Positions 50,510-63,810 of a stretch of DNA of 64,000 bases are shown in pieces (position 1 is the stretch's first letter; each line of letters starts with the position of its first letter). The DNA comes from Octopus sinensis (taxonomy: Eukaryota). Both the position numbers and the translations under genes were made by a program. Below the pieces are notes generated by a model. That model saw nothing but the letters and a program-made list of their open reading frames with translations, ran no database searches and was not told the origin of the DNA. The stretch covers positions 90,427-154,426 of the forward strand of contig NW_021835955.1 in assembly GCF_006345805.1 (NCBI RefSeq). The letters are read 5' to 3'.

Positions 50510-50663
50510 GTAAAGATTGTTTGCCAACATAACATAGCAGTCCTGGTTTAGGACGAATATTGCTGTAATTTAGTTCCTGGAGACATCATCTCCAGCTAGC
50601 TAAATTACAGCAACATTCGTCCTAAATCAGGACTGCCATGTTATGTTAGTAAACAATCTTTAC
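50510..50663. mobile_element. 154-bp palindromic MITE-like element
   Basis: ~64-bp arms with 5 transition mismatches plus an inner CTGGAGA/TCTCCAG stem. Confidence 0.8.
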
Positions 50664-52789
50664 AACAAAATTTCTTATTTATCTGAAGATTAATGGCAGT
50701 GCCCAAATTTGTCTGAGATTATTGATATTTAAATTAAATATAATCTTATGAATGGACTATATTTTAGCCAAGGTGTTTTTAAAAATACCATTATATTTGG
50801 GGATGGCCATTATTTTTTTATAGCCAAATAACCACATGCGCTTTATATTCATTCTGCACCTCAGCTTTGTTATTATTATTATTTTAGAGTCCTTTGTTTG
50901 AAATCTTTCATCACACATTCTGTGGCCTCTTCAGCAACTCTCCATCCTACATGTTTAGTCCATTCTGTTTTTAAATAGTTGGTGAGAAATTTCAGTTGGT
51001 CTGAAAAAGTTGATTCACACACAAATATTGCATCCAAATAATTCAGAACATGATTCAAGGTAAGCTTTGTTAAAAAATAAATGAATGAATATTTAAACAA
51101 ATTCTGATTATAAATAAAATAAAATTTCAATTTTATATTTCATAAAATTTTCTAGGAAAATAGCATTTTTTTTCTACAAAACACTATATTAATTTACATA
51201 ATTACTGCAAACGAATTATTTTTGCAATCATTAACATTTTCCAAAGTCAATTTTTTCTAAGTAAATAGAGAGTATCAGAAACATCAAATAAAAACAAAGC
51301 TTTCTATGCAAAATTTCCACAATTTAGGTGAGGAACTATTGAATATAAATTGGAGTTAATAAACAAACATCAATTTTTACCAATATGTGTATATGTGTTA
51401 GGAAAGTTAAACAAAAATATGGTTTCAAAAATTTTTAGAATTCCCATTAAGAATCATTCCATGATTATAAAGATATGTTGAAATGATTTAGTTTTGACCA
51501 AACATCAATACTGGGACAATTTCTTCCAGATATACCCTGTTCTATTTATTTACTTTTTTGTGAAAATATGGGAAAATAGGAAATATTTGTCTTGTCACAT
51601 CCATCTTTGACACACATGTCACACCAGTTAATGAGAGTTGTGAACAGACATTAATGTCCAACCAACTCACTAACACTTTTTGAAATTTCAAAATCAATGT
51701 GAATAAATATCAAGAAGTTTTTAGTGATGTTCTGGAGAAATTCAAAAGAATTAGCTGTTAACGTTTTCAGGTGTAAAATGTTATTTTGTACAATGTTACA
51801 TACATCATACATTTTGATCCTTTACAAAAATTTTGACAGACATTCTATGTAAAAAATGTTTGTTTGATACTTGCAAATTTGTGTTTAATTATATTTAATG
51901 ATGCAAATCTGTGAATTTTGCTGCTTTAATTAGTTGACAGCCTACTAATTGATAATCACTGGTATGTTCATTCTGCATAGTATAATGTTCAATCCAGTAG
52001 AAATAGCAGTCATTTGGTTGCTATTTCTATCACTTTACCATCTTTTTAAATGAAAGAGGGGAAAATACTACAAACCTTTGACAATGTAATCTTAGATGCA
52101 TGATGCCTGGAAACAAAAACAAAAAAAAAAACATTCAGGCAAGAATGCCTTTCTCTTTTGGTCTTCTTGATAAGGACTGATCTGTGGCTAAACAACATAA
52201 ACTAACAGAGATTTGATATTTTAAAAACGAATTTAGGCTTGAAATTGATAAATGTTGTTATCAATCAATCAGCTACATTAATCAATTCCAAATCTAAATG
52301 AGTTGTCAAAATTTACTGCGAAAAATGAATTAATACAATTCTTGTAAATGTTTAAAATTTACAGCTTAAATATTTCATAATTTGTGCCTCTGACTGTCAC
52401 ATAAGACACGTGATTGTAGACCAGAAATGAACACAGGCTCTGCTTCTTTGTTCTCAAATGGTCATTATTACCAAAAATACTCAGTCCCTGTTCAGTGTTA
52501 AAACTGTATTAGCTAAAGGGTTCTCTCCCAAATGATCACAATAATCAGCTTCTATTTCAAGTAGTTGCTCTTAATGATACACAATATCCCTAAGGTAGTT
52601 ACAGTTGTTTGTGTGAAGGAGTAACCAATACTGATATATCTTACAAATTGCTCCTTATGTTTTAAAATTAAACTGTTAACTCTATAAGACACTTGTAGTA
52701 CGTTTGTGTGTTTGTGTGTGTGTGTGAGAGAGAGAAAGACAATTACTATAATTAGTTTAACAACTATACCCCTGACATTCTAATATTAT

Positions 52790-52980
52790 TTCTAATTTTG
52801 GCACAAGGTCAGCAATTTTAGAGGAGAAGATAAGCTGATACCATCAAACCCAGAACTTGTTGGGTACTTTGTTACTGAGCCTGAAATAATGAGATGTGAA
52901 GTTGAATTTGAGATCAGAATGTAAGGAGCCAGAAGAAATGCTTATGTTGTCCAATGCACTAAGAATTCTGCTAACTCACC
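52790..52980 (-). mobile_element. Family B SINE, diverged
   Basis: TTTTGGCACAAGG..GAATTTGAG..TTCTGCTAACTCACC. Confidence 0.65.
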
Positions 52981-53087
52981 ACATTTCTAACACTCTAATA
53001 TATCTGAGACGACTACATTAATTAATTTCAAACCTAAATTATTTTTTAAAATATCAAATCTGTGTCTGATAATGGTGTTTAGCCACA

Positions 53088-53602
53088 AAAAAGTAAAGTA
53101 AAAGTTTCCTTCTCAAGTTATACTGACTCATAAGGGCCAGTTTCCTAGTTTCATGGCATATATATTCCCCACTTCGATAGGATGCTAGTCCATCGCAGGG
53201 TTATTCATTTTTGCTAGCTGAGTGGACTGGAGTAATGTGAAATGAAGTGCTTTGTTCAAGAACACAACGAGTTGCTTGGTTCAGGAATTGAAACTGCCAT
53301 CTTATGATCATGACTCCAACACCCTAACCACTAAATCATGTGCCTCCACAAGTAAACTTATCTTCTCAAGTCACGCCAACTCAGAAGGGCCAATTTCCTG
53401 GTTTCCTGATGTATATATTCCCTACCTTGATGGGACACCGGTTTGTTGCAAGATTACTCATTTTTGTCAGCTGAGTGGAATGGAGAAAAAAGAATTAAAG
53501 TGTTTTACTCAAGAACATAACACATCACCCAGTCCAGGAATCAAAACCACAATCTTACAATCATGAATCCAACACCTTAATCACTGAGCCACAAGCCTCC
53601 AC
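53088..53602 (-). mobile_element. Tandem pair of family C SINEs inside one 12-bp TSD
   Basis: TGTTTAGCCACA at 53076-53087 and 53603-53614. Confidence 0.88.
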
Positions 53603-53803
53603 TGTTTAGCCACAGGTCACTCCTGATCAAGAAGACCAAAACAGAAAGGCATTTTTGTCGTTTTATTTCTTTTTGTCAGGCATTATGCATCTAAGGTTAT
53701 AATATCAAAGGTCTAAGGTATTTTTACTTCTTTTAAGATGGTAAAGTGAAAGAAAAGCATGCAAATGGTTGCTATTTCTTATAAATTGACCATTATACTT
53801 GTT

Positions 53804-54146
53804 AAGGGTAAAGACACCCTTCGGTCATGAATGACAATGGGATTGCACCGAGGAAGTTCCTCTCCTAGGCACAAGTCTGGGCAAGGTTGTTTTATGGGAG
53901 ACCAGCAGTCACCCATGCATACCAGCCTCCCCTCTCCATGCTACTGATGTTATCCAAGGGTAAGGCAAAGGCTGATACAGCCTGGCACCAGTGATGTTGC
54001 AACTCATTTCTACAACTGAATGAGCTGGAGCAAGTGAAATAAAGTGCCTTGTTCAAGAATATAACACGCATCCCAGTCCAGGGGTCAAACTCACTACCTC
54101 ACAATTATGAATCTGATGCTCTAAGCACTGAGCCATGCACCTTCAC
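53804..54146 (-). mobile_element. Family D SINE, full length
   Basis: TSD CATTATACT(T/A)GTT at 53791-53803 and 54146-54158; tRNA-like head on the minus strand. Confidence 0.88.
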
Positions 54147-54923
54147 ATTATACTAGTTGGTATGCTACATAAAATACCAGTGATTACCAACTAGAATGCT
54201 CTTTGTGGCAGCCAACTGACTAAAGTGGCAAAATTCACAGATTTACATCCTTAACCTATAATCAATTTGCAATTTCGAAAAATATTAAAAAACAAAAAAC
54301 TTGTTAAGGTTCTTAAAAGTAAATTAATAGAAATATTATTGATTTAGAATTATAGTGCATGAAAGCTATTGTTAAAATGAAATAATGGTCCAGAACATAG
54401 ACAGAATCTGTTTAAAGCTACATCATGGACAAAACAATGATATTATGTATAACTTACCCTCAGCAATATAAGTGTTAATCCATTGACAAAGTAAATATAT
54501 TTGTGACAGCCAGTTTTATCGATCAAGATACTAGGCAGTTAGTGTTGCTGCTGATACAGCACATCTGAATCTGACAGAATTATTGGGCTTTGACACAGTG
54601 GGGAAATTGGTGACAGCTAGTTTTATTGACATAAAGATTAAGGGGTTGATGCAGTCACACATTTCTGCTTGCAGCATTATTAACACAGGGGTTGAGGTTT
54701 TGACACAGTGCAGCCGTTGTAGAAATCACCCTTATTGACCTAGGATTACAGTTATTGACATTGTTATATGTTTTTAGCCCTATGGTGTAGTCTTGAGCTA
54801 AACTGTCAGGTAAGCCACATCTAAAAACCTGGCTTCATTCACAGTTGGACACCTTTCTCATAGTGTGTTAATGCTTCTATGAAATGTATTCTCAAAGGCA
54901 GTTTTTTTCTTTTTTAATTTACT

Positions 54924-55151
54924 TTAACCTCTTAGCATTGAGATTATTCTGTCAAATATAAATCTTGTTTATTTGCATTGTTTTGAATTAATCCTGTATT
55001 GTCTTGTAACTTTGTAATTTTGATGATGTGATTGTTTATTTCTAGAACAACTTTGTAGGGTAGGTGTAATAGGCCAGATCTGAGTGTTTTGAACATGAAA
55101 TGATTAGAGTATTTAGACCTGATAAGGCTAGTTTAAATGTTAAAGAGTTAA
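54924..55151. mobile_element. piggyBac-like MITE
   Basis: TTAA-CCTCTTAGCATT ... AATGTTAAAGAG-TTAA; second, interrupted copy at 30680-31222. Confidence 0.7.
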
Positions 55152-56499
55152 ACAGTCTTAATTACAAATATCAACATAAATGGCATTGCTTGATTCCCAC
55201 ATAGCTTGTTATCTGACCATTCTCTGAAATGAGATAAAATTTCACCATGACCAACTGAAAACTTTATTCTTGCTTTATCAGTTTTACATAGCATGGCTAC
55301 AGCTAAATAAAACATCTGGTATGGAAATGATGTTACACCTAGTACTGCTCTTGTCAAACTCACAGTTGCACTGATGCACAAAATTCCAGTTAAACCTGAT
55401 TTTTGAAAGGACAAGTAGCAACATATTTACATGTTATATATTGATACCCAAATGATACCCATATTAGGAATCTATGCTAAAGGCAACCACTGTCTTTTAT
55501 AGATTTCTACCTAATTGATTTTAATAAATACTAAACCAACAAGTTTCCCTTAAATACATTCTGAATCCTACAACTAGGCATGTGCTAAGATTCGAACTTA
55601 AAATTTACATAACTGGTCAGTATATAGATTTAATTTTACTTTATTTGATCTCATTTTTAATTACTTTAAGATTAGTCATTTTTCTATTGCTTCCACAATG
55701 AAATATTTTCATTATTGAGTATATAATAATACTTAAATTCACTTTGTAGGAATGTCTATGAGAGAAGAGTACTGTAACTTGTACAACATCTTCTTTGCTT
55801 CCACCCGATAGGAATCGAATAAGTAAATCATTAAATATTGAATTCAATGACATATAAAGTCACAGGCATGTAAGACACCACATCCCCTTGATTTTAGCAA
55901 TGAGGAATACTAGAATTTTCTTTTTTTTTTGTAGCAACCAAATATTTAATGTTCATGTATGGCATTATAACAGTAAAGAAACTTGCAGCTAAAAGAATAG
56001 TTGGGAAAATCTTTTTAATTTATTACTACAATTTACAAGTGGAAACATGTAGTTTAGCTAAAGTAGAAGTAATTTATTACAATGAACTATCAGTAGAGAG
56101 AAAAATACAAGTAAATAACGAAATCTGACAAGGACAGTGATTTTCAGAGAAAATATCATGCATAAATGCAGTAATAAAACATGAGTAAAACAAAAGCATA
56201 TTACATATTTTACATGAAATAAGTTACCAGTGTAGTTGAATATACAGTATGAAATCATACACGAGGAACATTGGGGACACTACATGATAAAAAATTAAAA
56301 CAGAAAAATAAAGAAAATTCAGTTTTGCAAAAGCAGAAACCATTTTATTGAAGAATATGATACCAAGCACTAAAACAAAATAAGACATTTCGTAAACATC
56401 AGTGATCTTTGGTAAAAACTTGAAAACATTTTCAAGCTATTTTTTCAAAGCAGTTCCTTCCAAAATTATTTATCACATATGCTGTTATCTCTAGGTTCA

Positions 56500-56845
56500 A
56501 ATCATTATCATCATATAACGTCCATTTTCCATGCTGGCATGGGTTCAATGGTATGACAGGAGCTGCACCAGGTTCCATTGTCGGTTATGGTGCAGTTTCT
56601 AGAGCTGGATGCCTTTTCTAATGCCAACCACTTTACAGAGTGTACAGGGTGCCTTTTTATGAGGCACCATCACTAGTTCTTTTTATGTAGCACCAGCACT
56701 GACAGGGTCACTGCACAACAAAAACCCCTCAACTGGGTGGGAGGAGCAATATCAAGGGGGTATGGTTTTTCTGCCAGTTGAGAAATTTGAGATATAAAAG
56801 GGACAGATATAGGTGTCTTGCTGTAGAGTAGATTCATGGATATCC
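56500..56845 (-). mobile_element. Family E repeat variant
   Basis: (CAT)n..TTCCATGCTGGCATGGGTT..GCTGGATGCC..TAATGCCAACCAC. Confidence 0.75.
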
Positions 56846-57102
56846 CAGATGGAAATAACGTATTATTTTCAGTACCATCAAGAATATTACTACTCACACG
56901 TTTCTTAAAAGCTTTCACAATTATTTCCATTCTTACATTTCTTAATATTTTTTACCCCATTCATACACACACATGTGGAAGGGTAGGTCACTTCACTCTT
57001 TCTAGTAGTACAAGGTCATATTTTGAATCAACTTTCCACATGTTTCAATGTACTCACATGCAGTCTTTAAATGACTTTTTTTATACATACACATTAAAAG
57101 CA

Positions 57103-57479
57103 AAGGCATGGCTGTGTGGTAAGAAGTTTGATTCCCAACCACCTGATTCTGGGTTCAGGCCTACTACACGACACCTGGGGCAAGTGTCTTCTACTATAAC
57201 CTCAGACCAACCAAAGCCTTGTTAGTGGATTTGGTAGACAAAAACTGAAAGAAGCCCGGCATGTGTATGTGTGTTTATCCCCCAAAACTACTTGAGAGCA
57301 CGAAAGGCAGACACTAGACATTGATGTAACTTAGCAGTTTGGTAAGAGCGGCCAATAGAATAAGTACCAGGCTTAAAAAATAAAAGAGTACTGTGGTTGA
57401 TTAAATCGACTAAAATTCTTCAAGGTGGTGCCACAGCATGGCCACAGTCTAATGACAGAAATAAGTAAAAAGTAAAAGA
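57103..57479 (+). mobile_element. Family A SINE inserted in the pogo fossil
   Basis: Head TGGCTGTGTGGTAAG to tail CATGGCCACAGTCTAATGACAGAAATAAGTAAAA. Confidence 0.85.
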
Positions 57480-57858
57480 TGAAATTGGTTCAACAGATGA
57501 CCGGGAGTGGCAGTCACTTGGTTTTTTAGTTCTCTCACCTTCAGTTTTGGGATCCCTGAACTGATCTTAAACTAGAAGCAAAGGCTTTTTTTAAGAGTTC
57601 CCTAGGATGTTTTCTCCATATCAACCGTAAACATAAATTTATTTCAGCCAGGCTCATCCAGCCTCTCAAATGAACATGAACAAACACATCATGTGTTTTT
57701 TTTTTCTTGTGGCTGAGTTTTTTCTTCTATGTCTTTTTTTTTTAAATTTTAATTAATTATTAAAAATATGATGGTAATTTTGTACAAATACAGAGTGCGT
57801 TTTTTCATGATCAGTGACCAATTTCTATTTTTCATTTTTATCATTATTATTATTATTA

Positions 57859-57929
<71 letters not shown>

Positions 57930-57930
57930 T

Positions 57931-58147
57931 AAGACAATGAGCTGGCAGAATTGTTAGCACACTGGATGGAATGCTTGGCAGTATTTTGCCCATTGCTACA
58001 TTCTGAGTTCAAATTCTGCCGAGGTGGACTTTGCTTTACATCCTTTCAGAGTTGATAAATTAAGTATCAGTGAAACACTGGGGTCAATGTATTCCACTAG
58101 TCTTCCCCGCAAAATTTCAGGCCTTTTGTCTTTAGCAGAAAAGATTA

Positions 58148-58150
<3 letters not shown>
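57931..58150 (+). mobile_element. Family B SINE flanked by (ATT)n
   Basis: B consensus. Confidence 0.85.
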
Positions 58151-58238
<88 letters not shown>

Positions 58239-58247
58239 CATTATTAT

Positions 58248-58782
58248 TGAGTGAGTGAGAGTGCAATGCATGCCATCAAAGTTACCCTAGGGTACAAATA
58301 TACAAGGTCCAGTATACCCATCATGAATACCCATGGGATAAGAGTACACCTGGCACATGCATCACAACCATATGTACATGACATGGTGACTTTATATCAA
58401 GATAAACAGTTCATAACCTTGCAGGTGGGGTCCAGTTTCTTCAGGTCAAGTAGCTCAACCCACTCAAAAGATTCCTGAATGAAGGTTGCTTAAGGATGAG
58501 GAACAAAACATCCATATTTCCAAAGGTGCATTATTCAAACCCTAAATGCTATGATGTTCCCTGACTACTTCTGCACGTGATCAGAGATGCACATATCAGC
58601 CACTAAGAGACGTGCTCAACTGGTGAAAGTCAGGCAACTGATAAGCAAGCTTGTGGTATTGAGCAGAATATTTACTGTAGCCCATCTTTTTATAACATGA
58701 CTAAACATGTATATGATAGCACTTCCAATCAGTTACAATCAGAAGCCATGAGAACCAGTACCTGGTACTGCATCAAGGCATT
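58248..58782 (-). mobile_element. Family F repeat, longer copy
   Basis: Homolog of 640-978; ATT tracts on both sides. Confidence 0.7.
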
Positions 58783-58810
58783 TATCATTATTATTATTAT
58801 CATTATCATT

Positions 58811-59121
58811 GTGGCATGTGAACAAAACATTTGAGAGAGGTCATTGCCAGTGCCGCTGGACTGACTCCTGTGCAGGTGGCATGGGGAAAGCACCATTTCA
58901 AGTGTGCTGTTGCCAGTGCCACCAGACTGGTCCTTGTGCAGGTGGCATGTAAAAGCACCCACTACACTCTTGGAGTGGTTGGCATTAGGAAGGGCATCCA
59001 GCTGTAGAAACTCTGCCAGATCAGATTGGAGCCTGGCGCAGCCATCTGGTTTGCCACTCCTCAGTAAATCGTCCAACCCATGCTAGCATGGAAAGTGGGC
59101 GTTAAAGGATGATGATGATGA
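58811..59121 (+). mobile_element. Family E repeat
   Basis: E consensus and (GAT)n tail. Confidence 0.85.
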
Positions 59122-60172
59122 TTTTGTTGCTATGGCTGTTGCAGCATATTTTTGGCATTTATACTCTTGCTAGATGGTGCATTGAACATTATTGGAACTT
59201 CAGACATCTCTGATATAAACCTCACCTTTACAGGAATCAGTAACATTCGCCTTCTGTCTCAACAAACCTGGAATCTCTGAATCATCAGCACCATCATTAT
59301 TGAAGTCCAAAAACTCATCACTGTTAATAAATCTTATCATTGTCTTCAAATAGTGCAATCAAGGCATTACTAATTGCCCATTAAGGAATTAGTAATACCC
59401 TTGATTTACTAATTAGTAATAATAATTAGTAATTCTCCTTATTTCTTCCCCTCAGTTATCATTTTTGTACAAATACATTTCCCTGTATTTTTCTCCTTTT
59501 CCGTATTTTAACTCCTCCTCCATTCTCACCCTTCCTCCTCTCCCACCCTTCCTCCTCAAGTTCCAATCAGCATGGGATTGGACATGTAAGATCATGCTTA
59601 TTTATTTACTTTTTTTTTCAACAGGCTGTCACTGTTGTTTCTGCTTCCACCATTTCTTTATCATTTTTGCATTAGGTAGTGTCCTAAAACCTTTCATTGT
59701 CACTCTGTTACTGTGTTCTTTAACAGAATTTACCACTTTTAGTTTGTAGATAAAGGTATAGCTAAATGGCCCTCAAGCATTTTTGCCTACAGGACCTTTT
59801 CTTTTCAGGAATTTCAACCATGTTTCGTGGTCCGCTACCACAACAGCTCCTTTATAGGATCCAGTTTGCTCAAGACATCATCAGGAGGAACCATGTTCGG
59901 TTTCGGCCCCTACTCCTCCACCGTTTTGACATGGCAGGGCCCACCCCTTTTCGGAGGTATCTTCAGCTCTGGTGTTGGGTGCATGTCTTCTTTTTTCTTC
60001 TTTCTTCTGTTCCCTGGCCTCTTCGATGAAACACGGTTGAAATTCCTTTCTTCTATTCAGCTGGACCATCTTAGCCATTTGATTTTTAAAAATCTTAATA
60101 TATTTTTATAATTAAATATTATTAGAAACTGTATTTTTAAAAATTCTTAAAATATTTTATGTATTGTAGAAG

Positions 60173-60581
60173 TAAAAGGGTAAAGGGTAAAGACCCCCTT
60201 CAGTCACGAATGACCATGGGATTGCACCTAGAAAGTTCCTCTCTGAGGCACAAGTCTGGACAACTGGACAAGGTTGTTTATGGAAGAACAGCAGCTGTCC
60301 ATGCATACCAGCCTCCCTCCTCCACATCACCGGTGGCATGTAAACAGCACCAACCAATCTTGGCCATTGCCAGCCTTCCCTGGCATCTATGCCCGTGGCA
60401 CATAAAAAGCACCCACTACACTCACAGAGTGGTTGGCATTAGGAAAGGCATCCAGCTAAAAAAACACTGCCAGATCAGACTGGAGCCTGGTGCAGCCTCC
60501 TGGCTTCCAAGATCCCGGTCAAACTGTCCAACCCATGCTAGCATAGAAAACGGACGTTAAACGATGATGATGATGATGATG
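60173..60581. mobile_element. Family D 3' fragment (minus) fused to family E (plus)
   Basis: D motifs at 60173-60330, then E motifs to the (GAT)n tail. Confidence 0.8.
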
Positions 60582-60789
60582 AATATGCATATATGAGCTC
60601 GGAAACCATTACTGCTTAACTGATATCATCTCATGTTTTCCTTGTTTGCAGGGAATCCAAGGCCAACTTATCTAATGAGTGCATTTAGAAAGTGTTGCAT
60701 ATTTTGAGGGAGATTTAGCTACTATTTACTAACAGGCCAAACATCCACAGAGAAGCTCTCTTTTATAGAAATAATAAGAACGAGTTGGG

Positions 60790-61930
60790 ATTATAGTAGC
60801 AGTAGTAGATATACTAATAATGGTTATTCCTGGTACCTGTAGCAATGGTGCAAGACTAGGTGTTGCAATGGCAACAAACAACAACTCAATAAAGGTGGTA
60901 GTAACCAGTGATGCCAGGGGTTACGATGGAGATGCACACGACGGCATGATGGCACAATGGTGGTGACAGTAGCTAGTGGAACTGGAGGTTGTAGTGGAAA
61001 TGTATACAAAGGGGTTTGTAGTGGCTAATGGTGAAAATGTATGACTGTAAGGGCTACAATGACAAGGAATACAATAGCAGTGTTGTACTTGATGGTTGTA
61101 GTGGTAATAGTACTTGCGGTTGCAGTGTCTAGAGAGGTGGCGATGGGATTAGTAACATCAGCAATGGTAAGGAATGGTAGTGTTGGTGGTGGTGGTGGTG
61201 GTGGTGATGGCGATGATGGTAATGGTGGTGGTGTTAGTATTCCTGGTGTTAGTATAGCTGTTTTTGATGGTGCCGTTAATTAGTGGCCACAGAGGTAGCG
61301 ATGGTGGTGGTGGTGGTGGTGGTGGTGGTAGTGGTGGCGATGGTGGTGGTGGTAATGGTGATTCTTGCTGTTTTATCATAACTACTGTTTGATGATCACA
61401 AGTAATGATGGTGGTGGTAGGAGGTGTTAGCTGAAAAATAAATAGTGATGCTGTTGGTGCTAGCAGATAAATGGTAAGATTGGTGGTAGGCAGCAGAGGC
61501 AGTGATGTTGGTGATGGTGATAATAATATTCATATTATGTTTGTTGTGATAACTAATGTTTGCTGGTTGTAGTGAAGATGTTAGCAGGTGATGGCGATGA
61601 CGGTGTCGATGTGGGGTTGAAGAAGGTGCCGGTGTTAGCAGCTGATGGTGGTGGTCATGGAAAGGTTGGGGTTTGTGGTGTTGCTGATGTGTTTGTTGCA
61701 AAACTAATGTCTGGTGGGGAGCTGTAGATGAGGTTAGTAAGAGTGGTATTCTAATTGAAAATATCAAAGTGATGAAAGATGAAATGGAATCAGATGCAAA
61801 ACAAAGCAGGGCAAAGAAAGATTGGCTATTATTGTTTCTGTTATTGTTGTTGTTGTGGCTGTATGTAGCAATGTTGTTGTTGTTGTTTTTGGTAGGAATG
61901 GTGATGGTAGGGCGAGAATGGTTGCTTTTG
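60790..61930. repeat. Degenerate (GGT/GTT/GAT)n low-complexity tract
   Basis: Strong G/T skew and decayed trinucleotide periodicity. Confidence 0.8.
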
Positions 61931-62175
61931 TTTTCCCTATGTATCTCTGAAATTTTCCAAAACACCATTATAAAGCTAGACAGCAGAGTTGTACCTAATT
62001 CTCAAGTTAATGTGACTTTGTGGACAAATCTTACAGCTGCCCATCCCATTGTTGTCCTCTTCACACTTAGACACTGTGCTAACTCAAATGACTGATGTTT
62101 CCTCAACAACAACAACAACAACAACAACAACTGCTACAATAGCAATTCTTTCCCATCTTTCCAATGAAAGCAGCA

Positions 62176-62214
<39 letters not shown>

Positions 62215-62496
62215 AAGAAAGAAAGACAGAAAGAGAGAGAGAGAGAGTGAGATAGAGGTGTTGTCAGGGTACAAAATATCACAATACGATGACCAGTAGA
62301 CAAAAAAAAAATCTAGTTAAATATTTATGAAATGTATAATTTCTTGCATAATTCTCGCTAACAATCAATGCAAAGCAAACTCGCTAAAGTTTTGCACTAC
62401 ATAATAATAATTTCATTAAGATAATCAGATAACATTATTTTGCTGAAGGAAAAAAAAATTATTGCACTTAGTTAAAGAAATAAATGTTGGTATCTT

Positions 62497-62712
62497 TCTT
62501 TTACTCCCTTTTATTTGTTTCACTCATTTGACTGCAGCCATGCTGGAGCACTGCCTTTAGTTGAGCAAATCGACCCCAGGACTTATTCTTTGCAAGCCAA
62601 GTACTTATTCTATCGGTCTCTTTTGCTGAACTGCTAAGTTACAGGGACGTAAGCACACCAGCATCGGTTGTCAAGTGATGTTGGGGTGTGAAACACAAAC
62701 ACACTAACATAC

Positions 62713-62785
<73 letters not shown>

Positions 62786-62941
62786 CAAAGGGCTTCTTTC
62801 AGTTTCCATCTACCAAATCCACTCACAAGGCTTTCGTCAACCTGGGACTATAGTAGAAGACACTTGCCCAAGGTGCCACGCTGTGGAACTGAACCCAGAA
62901 CCATGTGGTTGGTAAGCAAGCTACTTACCACACAGCCACTG
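62497..62941 (-). mobile_element. Family A SINE
   Basis: Reverse complement of A with internal (CA)n(TA)n. Confidence 0.9.
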
Positions 62942-63515
62942 GCCGTATTTTGTTTGACTGTTCATCCTTGTCCATTGTCTTCAATCACACTCTGTATTGT
63001 TTTACGTGTTTTGTTTTGTTTTGTTTGTTTTGTTTGCCCTTATCCCTAGTTATCCACAAAAACATTTTTTGCAGGCACCTCCAATTGGGAAGCTCCCAGT
63101 CTTATCATTAAAGGTACAGAACTGAACAGTACCACTTAATCGATACTGATGAAGAATTACGGATCTTCTGTTTTTATCACATTCGTTTTTACATTCAATA
63201 TATGTTACATCATTTGTTTATACATTTTTTCATTTATATATATATACATGTGTGGTGTGTGTCAGTTCAAAATAAATGAACAATAAAATTAACACACAAC
63301 GCACAAGGGAACATGCACAAGGAATGTATCAGTTTGATGCTCAGTAAAAGGAGAGAGTTTTTGACGTTTCAAGCATATCTCTTTATATACAACAGGATTC
63401 TTATAGTTTCTCTCTACCAAATCCAGTCACAAAGCTTTGGTTGGCTTGTGACTATGGTAGAAGACACCTGCCCAAGAAACCACACAATAGGACTGAACTT
63501 GGAACTACGTTGTTG

Positions 63516-63810
63516 TTCCTTCTCGAGCCATGCCTGGGTCATAAGGGCTGTTTTCCCAGTTTCCTTGGCATATAGGTTCCCCACCTGGACGGGATGCCAG
63601 TCCATCGCAGGGGAGCTGCAAGATGCAGGAGGAAAAAGTGAGAGAAAGTTGTGGCAAAAGAGTCAGTAGAATTTTGCCATTACCTTCTACCAGAGCCACA
63701 TGGAGCTTAGGTGTTTTGCTCATAAACACACACATCACCCGGTCAGATTCGAACCCGCGATCCCTCGACCACGAGTCCACTGCTCTAACCACTAGGCCAT
63801 GTGCCTCCAC
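63516..63810 (-). mobile_element. Family C SINE nested in the head of a family A SINE (63405-63851)
   Basis: Minus-strand A-box TGGCCTAGTGG and B-box GGTTCGAATC; TSD AACTACGTTGTTG 63503-63515 / AACCATGTTGTTG 63812-63824 (11 of 13). Confidence 0.88.

Larger units (their letters stand above)
56850..59781 (-). pseudogene. Fossil pogo/Tc2-like transposase split by later insertions
   Basis: Collinear minus-strand peptides YKLKVVNSVKEHSNR..KMIKKWWKQK (59640-59760), EMSEVPIMFNAPSSKSI (59160-59210), VFVHVHLRGWM and LLKKPLLLV*DQFR (57550-57690), IIVKAFKKRVSSNILDGTENNTLF (56850-56930). Confidence 0.75.

Noticed and set aside
59790-60080. GC-richer segment with short ORFs upstream of the pogo fossil
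   Set aside because: No recognisable domain; may be transposon leader or another fragment
63735-63810. tRNA gene candidates at SINE heads
   Set aside because: A and B boxes are present, but there is no complete cloverleaf and the sequence continues into a SINE body with TSDs
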